Notes under the pieces: model-generated
What the model was told of the DNA's origin: nothing
Seen by the model: the letters and a program-made list of their open reading frames with translations, nothing else
Database searches by the model: none
Shown: piece by piece, positions 9,087 to 18,866 of the stretch
Layout of the letters: each line of letters begins with the position of its first letter
How positions within the stretch are numbered: position 1 is the first letter of the stretch
Assembly (NCBI GenBank): GCA_938083505.1
Contig: CALKCF010000008.1
Location: 1-43,535, forward strand
Direction of reading: 5' to 3'
DNA from: an uncultured archaeon
GTDB lineage: Archaea; Thermoproteota; Nitrososphaeria_A; Caldarchaeales; Wolframiiraptoraceae
DNA: 43,535 nucleotides
Program-made: the position numbers and the translations under genes

Positions 9087-10133
9087 TTGAACGTTGATAT
9101 ACCCTTCGACCCCCAAATCTTTTATAGCAGACAAATAGTTCTCCGAGAGCTTGGACCACAAGGACAGAAAAAGCTAAAACAGTCCAGGGTTGCGATCATC
9201 GGAGTAGGCGGGCTCGGCAGCGTATCAGCACTTTACCTTGCCTTGGCAGGCGTGGGCTTCTTGAGGCTCATAGATCAAGACACTGTCGAGTTACATAACT
9301 TACATCGACAAGTTTTATATTCTCTGGAAAACCTTCGATATCCTAAGGTTGAGGCAGCCGCAAAAAGGATAAGGGACCTAAATCCGAACGTGGAAGTGGA
9401 GCCTATTCCGGAAAACATCCGAACAGACAATGTCGAAGAGTTGATTAAGGATGTGGACGTGGTTGTTGACGGATTGGACAACATAAGGACACGATACCTT
9501 CTCAATCGTGCGTGCGCTAAACATCGCATACCATACGTTTTCGGAGCGGCAATAGGTTTGGAGGGGAACCTATCAGTTTTTGCTCCACCTGAAACACCAT
9601 GTCTCGAATGTGTGTTCCCAAATTTCAAAGACGAAGAATTGCCGACATGTGACGTTAGAGGCGTACTTGGTTCAACAACAGGGATAATCGGCACCTTACA
9701 AGCCATGGAAACTATTAAGCTTCTAGCAAACATCGGCGAAACCTTGAAAGGTAAATTGCTTGTTTGCGATTTCGAAAACATGTATTTCGTCAAGTTAGAC
9801 ATCCCCAAGAGGTCGGACTGTCCTGTTTGTCAAGGTGTGACGACTGAAAAGTCACACATCAGTGAGCGACTGGCATGGTTATGCGGCCATAAAACCGTCA
9901 ACATTAATCCTTCCCGCCCTATGCTTCTTGATCTAGAAAGAATCTATGAAAAACTAGAAAAACGCTTTAAAATACTACTAAAGTCCTCCTTAGCCATAGT
10001 GTTTGAATTTTACGGTGGTGTTGAGGTTAGCTTATTCAAAAATGGAAGGATGCTCATCAAAAACGTTGAGGATGAAGAAAATGCATTAAAAATCTACAAA
10101 AGCATAATGAACGAATTGATAGTAGAGGTTTAA
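9087..10133 (+). CDS. ThiF/MoeB/UbaA-family E1-like adenylyltransferase with C-terminal extension
   Basis: YSRQ, GVGGLG, NLHRQ, DGLDN, CLEC/CPVC Zn motifs, catalytic Cys in TCDVRGV. Confidence 0.93.
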   Translation: MNVDIPFDPQIFYSRQIVLRELGPQGQKKLKQSRVAIIGVGGLGSVSALYLALAGVGFLRLIDQDTVELHNLHRQVLYSLENLRYPKVEAAAKRIRDLNPNVEVEPIPENIRTDNVEELIKDVDVVVDGLDNIRTRYLLNRACAKHRIPYVFGAAIGLEGNLSVFAPPETPCLECVFPNFKDEELPTCDVRGVLGSTTGIIGTLQAMETIKLLANIGETLKGKLLVCDFENMYFVKLDIPKRSDCPVCQGVTTEKSHISERLAWLCGHKTVNINPSRPMLLDLERIYEKLEKRFKILLKSSLAIVFEFYGGVEVSLFKNGRMLIKNVEDEENALKIYKSIMNELIVEV

Positions 10134-10199
10134 CGCATTTTCTGAACAATTTTTAAGGTAGTTTTTGTTTAATTCTTACCTTAGTAATGAAAGAATTTC

Positions 10200-10364
10200 C
10201 AATCCTAAAACGCGGGTTAATGGAGTACCCTCCAACTACCTTCCTTGTATGAAAACATTCATGACGGCTTTTCTCTTTCGTTTACTTTGCCGACCAAAAT
10301 TCCGCAAGCTTCAATTTAAACCTAAACATACCGTCTAAAGCTTCTTCTTAATCTTCAAGATCAT
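10200..10364 (-). pseudogene. Relic of a JAMM/MPN+ (M67, Mec-like) metallo-isopeptidase
   Basis: GGAGGT RBS then ATG (10364) MILKIKK, frameshifted LDGMFR, then IEACGILVGKV (EACGILVG at 10289-10312); stops and frameshifts; no intact HxH motif. Confidence 0.65.
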
Positions 10365-10400
10365 AAACTACCTCCAAACCCCAAACATGATGTACCAATT

Positions 10401-10478
10401 TTAATTTAACGTTGCTGTGTCTGCACAAATATCTGCAGCTTGTTCTATAAATTCTATCAAATCATTTGCTTTCTTAGG
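10401..10478 (-). pseudogene. Short relic resembling the C-terminus of a DUF47/PhoU-like protein
   Basis: Reverse frame reads NDLIEFIEQAADICADTA; short, motif recognition only. Confidence 0.4.
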
Positions 10479-10747
10479 TTATGCTTGTCGGCAATCACGA
10501 CGGACATTATACATAATGTATTAAAAAATGAAGACAGTCCGGTATTTTCTTGAAATAATCACGAACTCCTTGCTGATACCGACTGCTGTTGAACGTGTGC
10601 AAGTTTTCAACGAATTTCTTGCTAATTTTTCAGAAAATGTCATACTCTTTTCCTATATTAAATAATCGATGTGTGGCGCACGCCCTCCTCCCCCTGTGCG
10701 CGTATAATGTAAAACAGACGTGTTAGTTGTCGAGTTTATCAATACGT

Positions 10748-12670
10748 TTAGAGTTCTGCGAATATTTCGTTTATTGTTGCTGTGGCCACACACACATATG
10801 TGTCGGCAGCGCCATAGTATAGGAATATTCTATTATCTCGAACAACAGCTCCACATGGGAAGACGACATTTTTTACGTATCCCTCTCTTTCGTAAGATGC
10901 TTCTGGAGACAGAAGCGTCGTGGTTGTTCTGGCTATAACCTTCTCCGGTTTCTTAAGGTCTAAAAGTGCTGCGCCAACATGATAGAAGTTATCGTGGGAG
11001 ACACCATGATAGAAGATTAACCAACCCTTTTCTGTCCTGATTGGCGGTGTAGCCAAACCCACTTTCTTCCCATCCCACATTCCAACCCTTGATGCAAGCA
11101 AGCTGTGTGAGACAAGCATCGTCGGATCAACGGTCTCCAATGAGTCAATGTAATCGTAGGTTACGTTTATGCCGCCAGCTCTGTGTATGTAGAAATACTT
11201 CCCGTTTATGGGCTCTGGTATGATGCATGCATTTTTATCGTCTATGCCAGGCGGAGAGATTATCTTGGGCCTTGACCACTTCCAGTCCCGATTAAGGAAG
11301 TCATTTATCTTGATGGAAGTCACAGCAACCTTTGGCGGGTTAACGTTGTCGTAGGCAGTATAGAACATGTAAAGCTTATCTCCGACTTTCACGATTCTTG
11401 GGTCTTCGCATCCTGAATGGCCTGGTGTAGCCTTTCTCTCAAAAGGCTCCCTCGGAACATAAATTGGCTCATCTAAAATTTCTTCAATTGTGAAACCGTC
11501 GCTGGTTATTGCCAGACCTATCGTGGAAGTTTTATCCTGCGAGAGGGCTCTAAAGAGTATATAGATCTGGTCTTCAAGTTCTATAGCAGCCGGATTGAAG
11601 GTTGCGATGCTCCGCCACTCAAAGCGCCTGTCAGGCGAGATTATAGGGTTTTTAGCATACCTTTTAAATACCGATTTCAGACCACTTTTGAGAATTCTCT
11701 TGATGTGGCTCAATCTTGCTGTGGCTAAGCAACAGACGGTGTCGGCAGCCCCATAATAAAGCCTTATCCAGTCCTTATGCCTTATGACCGAGGATGGGAA
11801 GACAACCTTTGGGATGTGACCGTAAACCTCGTACACCTCTTCGGGAACCATAAAGGGATAATGGGTTTTGGCTATAATTCTACGCGGATCATCAAGGTCA
11901 AGGAGCAGAGCTTCAACACCGAAAACTCTTTCCGTGGGCGATTCTGAAAAATAGTTTTGGATGTAAGAGTATATGAGGAGCCAGCCCTCTTCTACTTCTA
12001 TAGGTGGAGCACCGACTTCAATATGATCCCTCGGCGATCGTCTAGGATCGGGTCTCAACGTCCAGCTCATAAATTCCCTATACCACTCCTCCATCTCAGT
12101 GTACCAGAGCGATGGGTCATCGCCAAGTTGGGCTACGCATATGTAGGCCGGCGGCCTGTCTGTGTGAACTGTCAGAATCGCCGTAAGCTTTCCGTTTATT
12201 CGTTTTGGGAAAAGCGCCATAGCCTTCGCGTTAAAAGGTGTGACAAGATATTTTCCCTCAATCTTTTCTAGATCCCTGCTCACGGCAACTCCAACCCTTA
12301 TCCCTTCGGCCTTAGGTGGCAGGCTGGATATCGCCGTGTAGAAAATGTAGTACTTTCCATCTATGTACGTCACTCGAGGATCCTCGCATCCGAATCTTTC
12401 CCATTCCATTTCCGGGTATATGAAGCATCGTCGTTCACCGAAGTGCACACCGTCTTTGCTTACGGCAATCCCTATTGAGCTGAAGCTTGACCCTTGCTTC
12501 TTCAGGAGGTCAGAAGAAGAAATTGCACGGTAAAGCATATAATACTTGCCGCCTCTCTGAATAACCGCCGGATTGAATGTGGCGTATGCCTCCCACGAGT
12601 TCTCTCTTACAGGAAGCAGGATCGGATTCTCATCACTACGACTAATCATAATGATTGCCTTAAATTTCAT
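10748..12670 (-). CDS. GH130-family glycoside phosphorylase/hydrolase with two tandem propeller domains
   Basis: Two copies of NP.I.P...FNPA...L.RA...GCEDPR...VVFP...YYGAADT. Confidence 0.9.
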   Translation of the reverse strand: MKFKAIIMISRSDENPILLPVRENSWEAYATFNPAVIQRGGKYYMLYRAISSSDLLKKQGSSFSSIGIAVSKDGVHFGERRCFIYPEMEWERFGCEDPRVTYIDGKYYIFYTAISSLPPKAEGIRVGVAVSRDLEKIEGKYLVTPFNAKAMALFPKRINGKLTAILTVHTDRPPAYICVAQLGDDPSLWYTEMEEWYREFMSWTLRPDPRRSPRDHIEVGAPPIEVEEGWLLIYSYIQNYFSESPTERVFGVEALLLDLDDPRRIIAKTHYPFMVPEEVYEVYGHIPKVVFPSSVIRHKDWIRLYYGAADTVCCLATARLSHIKRILKSGLKSVFKRYAKNPIISPDRRFEWRSIATFNPAAIELEDQIYILFRALSQDKTSTIGLAITSDGFTIEEILDEPIYVPREPFERKATPGHSGCEDPRIVKVGDKLYMFYTAYDNVNPPKVAVTSIKINDFLNRDWKWSRPKIISPPGIDDKNACIIPEPINGKYFYIHRAGGINVTYDYIDSLETVDPTMLVSHSLLASRVGMWDGKKVGLATPPIRTEKGWLIFYHGVSHDNFYHVGAALLDLKKPEKVIARTTTTLLSPEASYEREGYVKNVVFPCGAVVRDNRIFLYYGAADTYVCVATATINEIFAEL

Positions 12671-12685
12671 TAACTATTCAAACAT

Positions 12686-13750
12686 TTAAACATAATTTCT
12701 CCGCTCCCTCAGTAAAAGTTCAACAAGCTCTGTTATATTTCCTCTTGCAACGCAAACGTAGTTATCTGCAGCTCCATAGTAAACCAGTAGATCGTCATCT
12801 TTTACAACGGCACCAGTTACGTATATCACGCCAGGCTTGAATCCTTCATGCTCGTATTTCTCCGTAGGCTCCAGCACAGGATACTTACTTACAGCTATGA
12901 TTTGTCTTGGATCCTGCAGATCCAAAAGCATCATGCCCACTTTATATTTGCCGGGCTCCTTGGTATCTGCCGCATGGTAGAGGAGAAACCATCCCTCCGC
13001 GGTTTCTAGGGGTGGAGCTGCCACCCCCCTCACATACCCTTCCCAGAAATGTCTCCAAAGGATGCGGCCTTCATCGAAGATGCTCCGTATATAAAAGCCC
13101 TCAGCAACCTCAAGGGAGTCGAGAAACTCAATCTGTAAAGTCGGTGACAGACTATGTAGGATCGCATACTTACCCTTGAACTTTTTAGGAAACAAAACCC
13201 AGTTTTTGTGAGATTCCCCTGGAGGTGAAATAATCCTAGGCTTAGCCCAACGCCACCTTTTATCGAGGAAGTCCTCAACGCTTATTGAGGTTAAAGCCAC
13301 TCCTAGATTTAAACCGTCATAAGCCGCATACAGCATATAAAGCATACCTTCGTCCTCTACGTGAACAATTCTGGGATCCTCGGCGCCTATAAACGAGCCG
13401 CCTGAGGCGCTCATCAACGGACAAAACATGTTTTCAACCCTATGCTCGTAAACAGGATAGTCGAGTCGTTTGATAATTTCAAAACCATCAACGCTCGAAG
13501 CATAACCTAATCGTGAAACCAGATCATCACCGATAGCCCTATATAAAAGGTGAACCCTACCATCAACATAGACCGCTCCAGGATTAAACGTCTGTCTGCT
13601 CTCCCACCAGAAACCCTCTCTAGGTGAAATTATAGGGTTAAAAGAATACTTCTTAAAGATCTGCAAAAAACCAGCGGAACTACATCCAAGCATACTGTCC
13701 CTACAAACATTAATTAAAACAAAAGGTAAATATAAACCGATATTTGTCAT
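12686..13750 (-). CDS. GH130-family glycosidase, single domain
   Basis: NPIISP, TFNPGA, LYRA, AEDPR, KNWVLFP, YYGAAD; start likely downstream of 13750. Confidence 0.88.
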   Translation of the reverse strand: MTNIGLYLPFVLINVCRDSMLGCSSAGFLQIFKKYSFNPIISPREGFWWESRQTFNPGAVYVDGRVHLLYRAIGDDLVSRLGYASSVDGFEIIKRLDYPVYEHRVENMFCPLMSASGGSFIGAEDPRIVHVEDEGMLYMLYAAYDGLNLGVALTSISVEDFLDKRWRWAKPRIISPPGESHKNWVLFPKKFKGKYAILHSLSPTLQIEFLDSLEVAEGFYIRSIFDEGRILWRHFWEGYVRGVAAPPLETAEGWFLLYHAADTKEPGKYKVGMMLLDLQDPRQIIAVSKYPVLEPTEKYEHEGFKPGVIYVTGAVVKDDDLLVYYGAADNYVCVARGNITELVELLLRERRNYV

Positions 13751-13799
13751 TTATAATTTTAGCAAAATTACGGACAAGAGTATTTAGGATGTAGAGGGG

Positions 13800-14310
13800 C
13801 ACTCAAATCTACTATCTAACATTCTGCATTTTTCAGCTGATCCTTTGTTTATAGTGTTAACCTTTGAAGAAGCTCCCATGAAACGTTAAGACTTTACTTT
13901 AAAATTTCATCAAAAATTTCTTCGGCTCTTCTTAGGTTTAACGTGAGGGTGTCATCGACAAACTCCATGTTTTTAATTTTTGAACTCATCGTGCATAAGC
14001 TTGATTTCTCTAACAACATTTTTTGAGACTTCTATCACAGCAATATTCTCCAAAAAGGTGTGAAGGGTGCAAAAAGAGCATTTAAACGGGCATCCTATGC
14101 TGGTGATTATCGGCACGTGACTGATGCCTTGAAACATATATTTCTCTATAGAAAGTAGGTTAAGACTTGGAACTGGAGGTTATACCTCTAATGTCCTCTA
14201 GGCAGATCTCATGATCTATTTGTATTAATAAGTTCCTTGAAGATCTCCTTGGACAACAACGCTTATGCTTCTGCATTCGCCCAAGAGGACTTCCTCCAAG
14301 AAGAGGCACT
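13800..14310 (-). pseudogene. B12-binding radical SAM protein pseudogene
   Basis: Fragments in several frames: EEVLLGECRSISVVVQG, FKELI...EDIRGIT, PIITSIGCPFKCSFC (CxxxCxxC), KNVVREIK, EFVDDTLTLN...EIFDEIL; stops and frameshifts. Confidence 0.8.
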
Positions 14311-14449
14311 TCAAATCCTAATCATATATGGAGGCATAGATGAGTTAGTTTCAGTAGAGTTATGCTCTGAAACCTTGCTTACAGCTCTAGCTTTATCTTT
14401 ATAGAGTTAAATAGTGGTTTAAACACTTTCATTATCTTAGTGAAATTAT

Positions 14450-14830
14450 ATGGTTGAAAAAAAGCGACCTAGATTTATAATGTGTTTCTGCACTGGTGAA
14501 TGCCCCGGATTTGCAAAGTTGGAATTATGGAAGTTTATCAACTTTGTTAGAAAAGAACTTGACGTAGAATATGCCATCATCCATCCACAACTATGTGTTG
14601 ATGACGGGGACCGCTTTTTGAAGGATTATCTTAAAGCAGGTGATAATAACGTAACTTATATTATTGGTGGATGCGATCCTAAAATGCAGAGGAAGATGTT
14701 CAAGGATGCTTTTGCCGAGAAAGGTTTAGAATTTGATAAACAGGTAATTTCGCTGGATTTGAGAAACTTGGAAACTTCAGAGGCCATGAAGAAAGTTGAA
14801 GAAGTTGTTAACAAGTTGATGGCACAGTAA
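14450..14830 (+). CDS. Stand-alone HdrA N-terminal-like domain protein
   Basis: CFCTGEC, HPQLC, IIGGCDP...F, LDLRN match the Cys pattern of the HdrA N-terminal domain. Confidence 0.7.
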   Translation: MVEKKRPRFIMCFCTGECPGFAKLELWKFINFVRKELDVEYAIIHPQLCVDDGDRFLKDYLKAGDNNVTYIIGGCDPKMQRKMFKDAFAEKGLEFDKQVISLDLRNLETSEAMKKVEEVVNKLMAQ

Positions 14831-15169
14831 ATGGAGGAGGAGTCCTTGGCTTCTGAGAGTTCTCTAAATAATTCGGCGAAAAGTGAAAAACGTATCTTAA
14901 TTCCACGTGAAGAAATTCCATGGTTTCCTACAATTGATTATGAGAAATGCACTGGATGCCTTACATGTGTTAGGATCGATAAAGAGACCGGTCATGACGT
15001 CTTCGAGGTTGAGGGAAATACACCTCGTCCGGTGGTAAAGAATCCTTTTTCATGTGTTGTTGGATGCCAAACATGCGCAAAAATGTGTCCAAACAATGCA
15101 ATAACATTCCCATCAATAGATGAGTTAAGGAAGATTCTGAAAGAATTAAGACTGAAGTACTCTCAATAA
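14831..15169 (+). CDS. 4Fe-4S dicluster ferredoxin family protein
   Basis: WFPTIDYEKCTGCLTC and CVVGCQTCAKMCP. Confidence 0.88.
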   Translation: MEEESLASESSLNNSAKSEKRILIPREEIPWFPTIDYEKCTGCLTCVRIDKETGHDVFEVEGNTPRPVVKNPFSCVVGCQTCAKMCPNNAITFPSIDELRKILKELRLKYSQ

Positions 15170-15295
15170 ATTTATACTCCTTAACTTATATAAAGTTTTA
15201 GAAATTAAGAGTAAGAAAAATATGACAGGCTCCTTGGCTCAAAAAGGCATAGGGTTTCTATAATGTCAATATTAATAAGTCATAATACCAGTCGC

Positions 15296-15712
15296 TTATA
15301 GTTTTGCTTCTTTAATTATCATTTCTGCTATTTTCTTTACGTCCGCCTCATAAATGTCGAGGGTTGGCATCTTCTGCAGATATTTTGATACGTCAATTTC
15401 GTAGTCTATTCTTTTTTCAGCCTTCTCCAAGACTTTTGAAGCGCACCTCTTTCCACACCCGTTTATGACAATATTCTTTTTTGCTTTTTCCGCAATTTCC
15501 AAGTGCGGCTTTGAGCCAGCTGCAATAGCTACTATGCAGCACATCCTACCCTTATCTAATTTGGTGAGTAGAACGCCCGCAGCATGCCCTATCTGTCCGA
15601 CATTGGCTGCTCCATCACATATCCAAATCATGTTTTCATGCTCGGCAACCTCATAGCATAATGGAAGAATTTTGGGCTGAAACGTCACACCTATTTCTCC
15701 TTTCTTTGACAT
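15296..15712 (-). CDS. DGC-domain putative zinc-binding protein
   Basis: CDGAANVGQ, MCC, INGC..RCASK. Confidence 0.8.
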   Translation of the reverse strand: MSKKGEIGVTFQPKILPLCYEVAEHENMIWICDGAANVGQIGHAAGVLLTKLDKGRMCCIVAIAAGSKPHLEIAEKAKKNIVINGCGKRCASKVLEKAEKRIDYEIDVSKYLQKMPTLDIYEADVKKIAEMIIKEAKL

Positions 15713-15789
15713 TTATATATTTCACCTTCCTAAGCTATTCCTTCAATAACTAAATAAAATTAAAGACTTAATTCGTAATAATTTTAATA

Positions 15790-16520
15790 CTCTTTGTTTT
15801 TGCAGGAATCCTAGGAGGATTCTTGGGAACTGGTAGATGTGTTGTAATGCTTCTAGCCTTATACTTTCTCTCCAACTATAACTTGCCCGTAATCATCGAT
15901 ACGACAATCACTACCATCATTATAACAGCAGCATCAGGTTCGGTAGCTCACATAAAGATAAGAAATGTAGACTATAGAACTGCAACACTCATAACCATAT
16001 CAGGTGTGTTGCTCGGTTCGATTACTTTTCAATATCTAGTGGAACAATTGTAATTGCTAAAGATCATCTTAGGAGCGGCATTCCTCTACGTTCCTCTAAG
16101 GATGATATATAAAGGTTCTAGAAGAAGTGTGGAAGCAAAAACTGGAAATATCGTTCCTGGAGGCGCTTTAGCTAAGTCATCAATAGGGTTCGTTATAGGG
16201 GTATTAACGGGTATCATTAGTCTAGGAGGTGGTTATGCGTTAGTTCTTTCGATGATATGCCTTCTCGGAGCACCTGTTAAGATAACCATAGGAACGTCTT
16301 TAGCTTCATTCATAAGCATGACGCTCATTTCGGGAGCTTTCAAGATATACCAAGGATTGGTAGATGTTATTGTTGCATTATCGCTTGGAGCCGGAATGGC
16401 AATAGGAGCACAAATAGGTTCAAGACTTGTACCAAGGGTTCCAGCTTCATATATAAGATTGTCTTCATATACGTTTCTCTAAAGTTTATCTTAGGTGTTT
16501 TCGGAATAAACATATAACTA
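15790..16520 (+). pseudogene. TauE/SafE sulfite-exporter family pseudogene
   Basis: GILGGFLGTG, VDYR, G..TG...LGGG, AIGAQIGS; in-frame TAA at 16051-16053, no clear start, apparent 3' frameshift. Confidence 0.78.
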
Positions 16521-16561
16521 GTTCTCGACACTCACAACGCATATGCTGGCACATACATTCA

Positions 16562-17092
16562 CTAGGCGAGACGTATCACCTTCTTTTCTCTTGCTGATGG
16601 TACCACCTTGATCTTCGCATTCTCGAACTTTATGAAGAACTCATGATGTTGCTGGAGCCAGTCAAGAAAGACTGCGAGTGCCGCAACTTCAGATATTGGT
16701 TGGTTCGTCACGGAGACGTTCCACGTTGCCATCTCGTAAACTTTCTTCGGCACCTTCTCAGAACCTACGATTATTAGTTTATCCTTGTTGGATAACCTTA
16801 TCTCCTCGATGACCTCGGGTAGCGGAAGTCCGTACATGGTCAGGTGCACCACTTCTCCTCCAGATTCAAACCACTCTTTTATGACGTTCATCCAATCTCG
16901 TCTCATATCAACGAAGAACTTGCCGCCGAATCTCTGCACAACATCTTCCACGGACCTTTTTACTCCTTCATCAGGCTGTCCTGATATGATGACGCCGTCG
17001 CAACCAAAAGCCCTAGCAGTAAGGCAAACGTGTGTCGTAACTCTTTCGTCCCTATGTATCCTATGACCCAGTCTCAGAACAACCAATTTCAT
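16562..17092 (-). CDS. trm56: tRNA (cytidine56-2'-O)-methyltransferase aTrm56
   Basis: VLRLGHR..RD.RVTTHV.LTARAFG, VHLTMYG, VTNQP.SEV. Confidence 0.95.
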   Translation of the reverse strand: MKLVVLRLGHRIHRDERVTTHVCLTARAFGCDGVIISGQPDEGVKRSVEDVVQRFGGKFFVDMRRDWMNVIKEWFESGGEVVHLTMYGLPLPEVIEEIRLSNKDKLIIVGSEKVPKKVYEMATWNVSVTNQPISEVAALAVFLDWLQQHHEFFIKFENAKIKVVPSAREKKVIRLA

Positions 17093-17115
17093 ACAACGTA
17101 AATGTAAAAAAGGTA

Positions 17116-17631
17116 CTAAATCGACTTTTCTAGGATTTGAAGCTTTTGCTTAAGTGTTTCTATTATTTTGCTATTATCATAGTAGTTCAGCAGGTTGCCG
17201 CATACCGGACACTTGAAGAGCTTATCGAGTGCTTCCTCGAAGGCATACTTTCTGCAACCTTTTGTACCGCAGTAGTAAAACTGATGGCTCTGCTCGTACT
17301 CTAGCTTAGCCTTAAGTCTTTCGACCATCCTCCTAATTTGGGTTTTTATGTAACCTAGGACCTGATCCTGCTGGACCCTCCATCTGAATATTCTATGTCC
17401 TGTCTCCTTATTCTTTGCTACATCGTATGTAAGAAGCGAGTAATCGATGAGTCTATGGAGAATTTTCCTCACATCCTTCGCATTCATCCCTAAGGCAGAC
17501 GCTATCTCCTCATCACTTTTGGATGGGTTCTTCATTAAAAATTTCACTATGCTAACTGCATCTTCGCCGCCAACGAGTCTCATGACCTCGAGAACCGTGT
17601 CCTCATCAACTATTAGTAAGAAGTCTAGCAC
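17116..17631 (-). CDS. tfe: Transcription initiation factor E alpha
   Basis: wHTH (DEEIA..LG...VRKIL) plus Zn ribbon YYC...C..FEEA...FKCPVCG; adjacent to trm56. Confidence 0.93.
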   Translation of the reverse strand: MLDFLLIVDEDTVLEVMRLVGGEDAVSIVKFLMKNPSKSDEEIASALGMNAKDVRKILHRLIDYSLLTYDVAKNKETGHRIFRWRVQQDQVLGYIKTQIRRMVERLKAKLEYEQSHQFYYCGTKGCRKYAFEEALDKLFKCPVCGNLLNYYDNSKIIETLKQKLQILEKSI

Positions 17632-17731
17632 CCTCCCAAAATACGTATAGCATGCACAAAAATATAAAGCAATCGCTAGAGGTATGAATAATACAGATTA
17701 ATGATACTTGTTATGGCCTCTATAATTCACA

Positions 17732-18830
17732 CTAACCAACGAGCGAACGAGTTGCTTGCCATATTAGGGCGTAATTTTTAGCTTCTAATCGAATGGTGGC
17801 GTGTACAGCTTTTTGGCAATATCGTAAAGCTGCAATTCTTTCATCATTCTTCACTGGTATAGGCAGCGTTACCTGAACTACGCCTGGCAGCCTACCTATT
17901 TCTAAGGCACCAGCCACGGTCGCCCTGTTCCTTACTTCATCCACAGACATGTCAAATAACTCAGAGGCTCTCGAAAAACCTACCTCAAGCAGCTTTGTTT
18001 ATGTTCGGACCGGTTCCTATAACCTGGACTGGCAACTATGGTTCTGGTTCTAAAACCGTACTCGTTCGCTAAACTTTTAACAAGCGCCCACTCTTCAGCA
18101 CAAAATGGTCTAGCTAGTGGTGGCAGGTCTTCAAGTGGTAGGAACAAAAGCGGCCCTTTTAAGTTCAGATCTTTTATTACGTTTACCCTTACCTTAACTT
18201 CGGCTGAGATATCCGTTGTATGCCCGGCCACCTCACCATCTCCTTGCTGGGCATGCACGTCACCAGCATAAACGCCAGCACCATCCAGCTTCACTGGCGC
18301 GATGAGTACTGCACCTTCCCTCACGGAGTCTATGTCAAGATGACCGTCCGTTATACACTCCTCGTACTGTTGTTCAGTTATCGCATATTTGTGGGGTGCA
18401 CCTATGAGGAATGTGCCAAAGTCTCCGGCATTATGTGAATCAGGTATGTCAACACTAGGTGTTGTTCCAAGCTGGCCTTGGGCATTTCTTTGCGACGAAA
18501 GGATCTCAAACATAAGCACCGTTAACTGGCTTGTCGGTTCCAGAGGATGTTGCTTTAGACCTAACTCTTATGGATTCTATAGTTATTGCCACGGCATCGC
18601 CGACACTTGCACCCTCAACTGCCACAGGAACATTAACTTCATGTCCTCCCCGTATACTCGGTGTGATCATCGGACCCCAGCATCCTGGTGTTGTTATGTA
18701 AATTATAAGACTGCCATCTTTAACTGGACCTAACATCTTTACGCCAGGCCCTATAATACCGTCTGTAAACTTATCATTTAATAAAACATCCAACAATTTC
18801 TGTACATCTTTATTGTACGAGGAATCTTCG
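17732..18830 (-). pseudogene. Acetamidase/formamidase family pseudogene in three frames
   Basis: Pieces PGCWGPMITP..RGGHEV, SHNAGDFG...TDGHLD.D.VREG...GDVHAQQGDGE, NRATVAG..EIGRLPG are collinear but frameshifted. Confidence 0.85.
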
Positions 18831-18866
18831 TTTAATATTATTGTTACATTTGTTTATTAAAGTTTT

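Noticed and set aside
10676-10701. GCGCAC...GTGCGC hairpin
   Set aside because: Only 6 bp; at most a terminator for the GH130 genes
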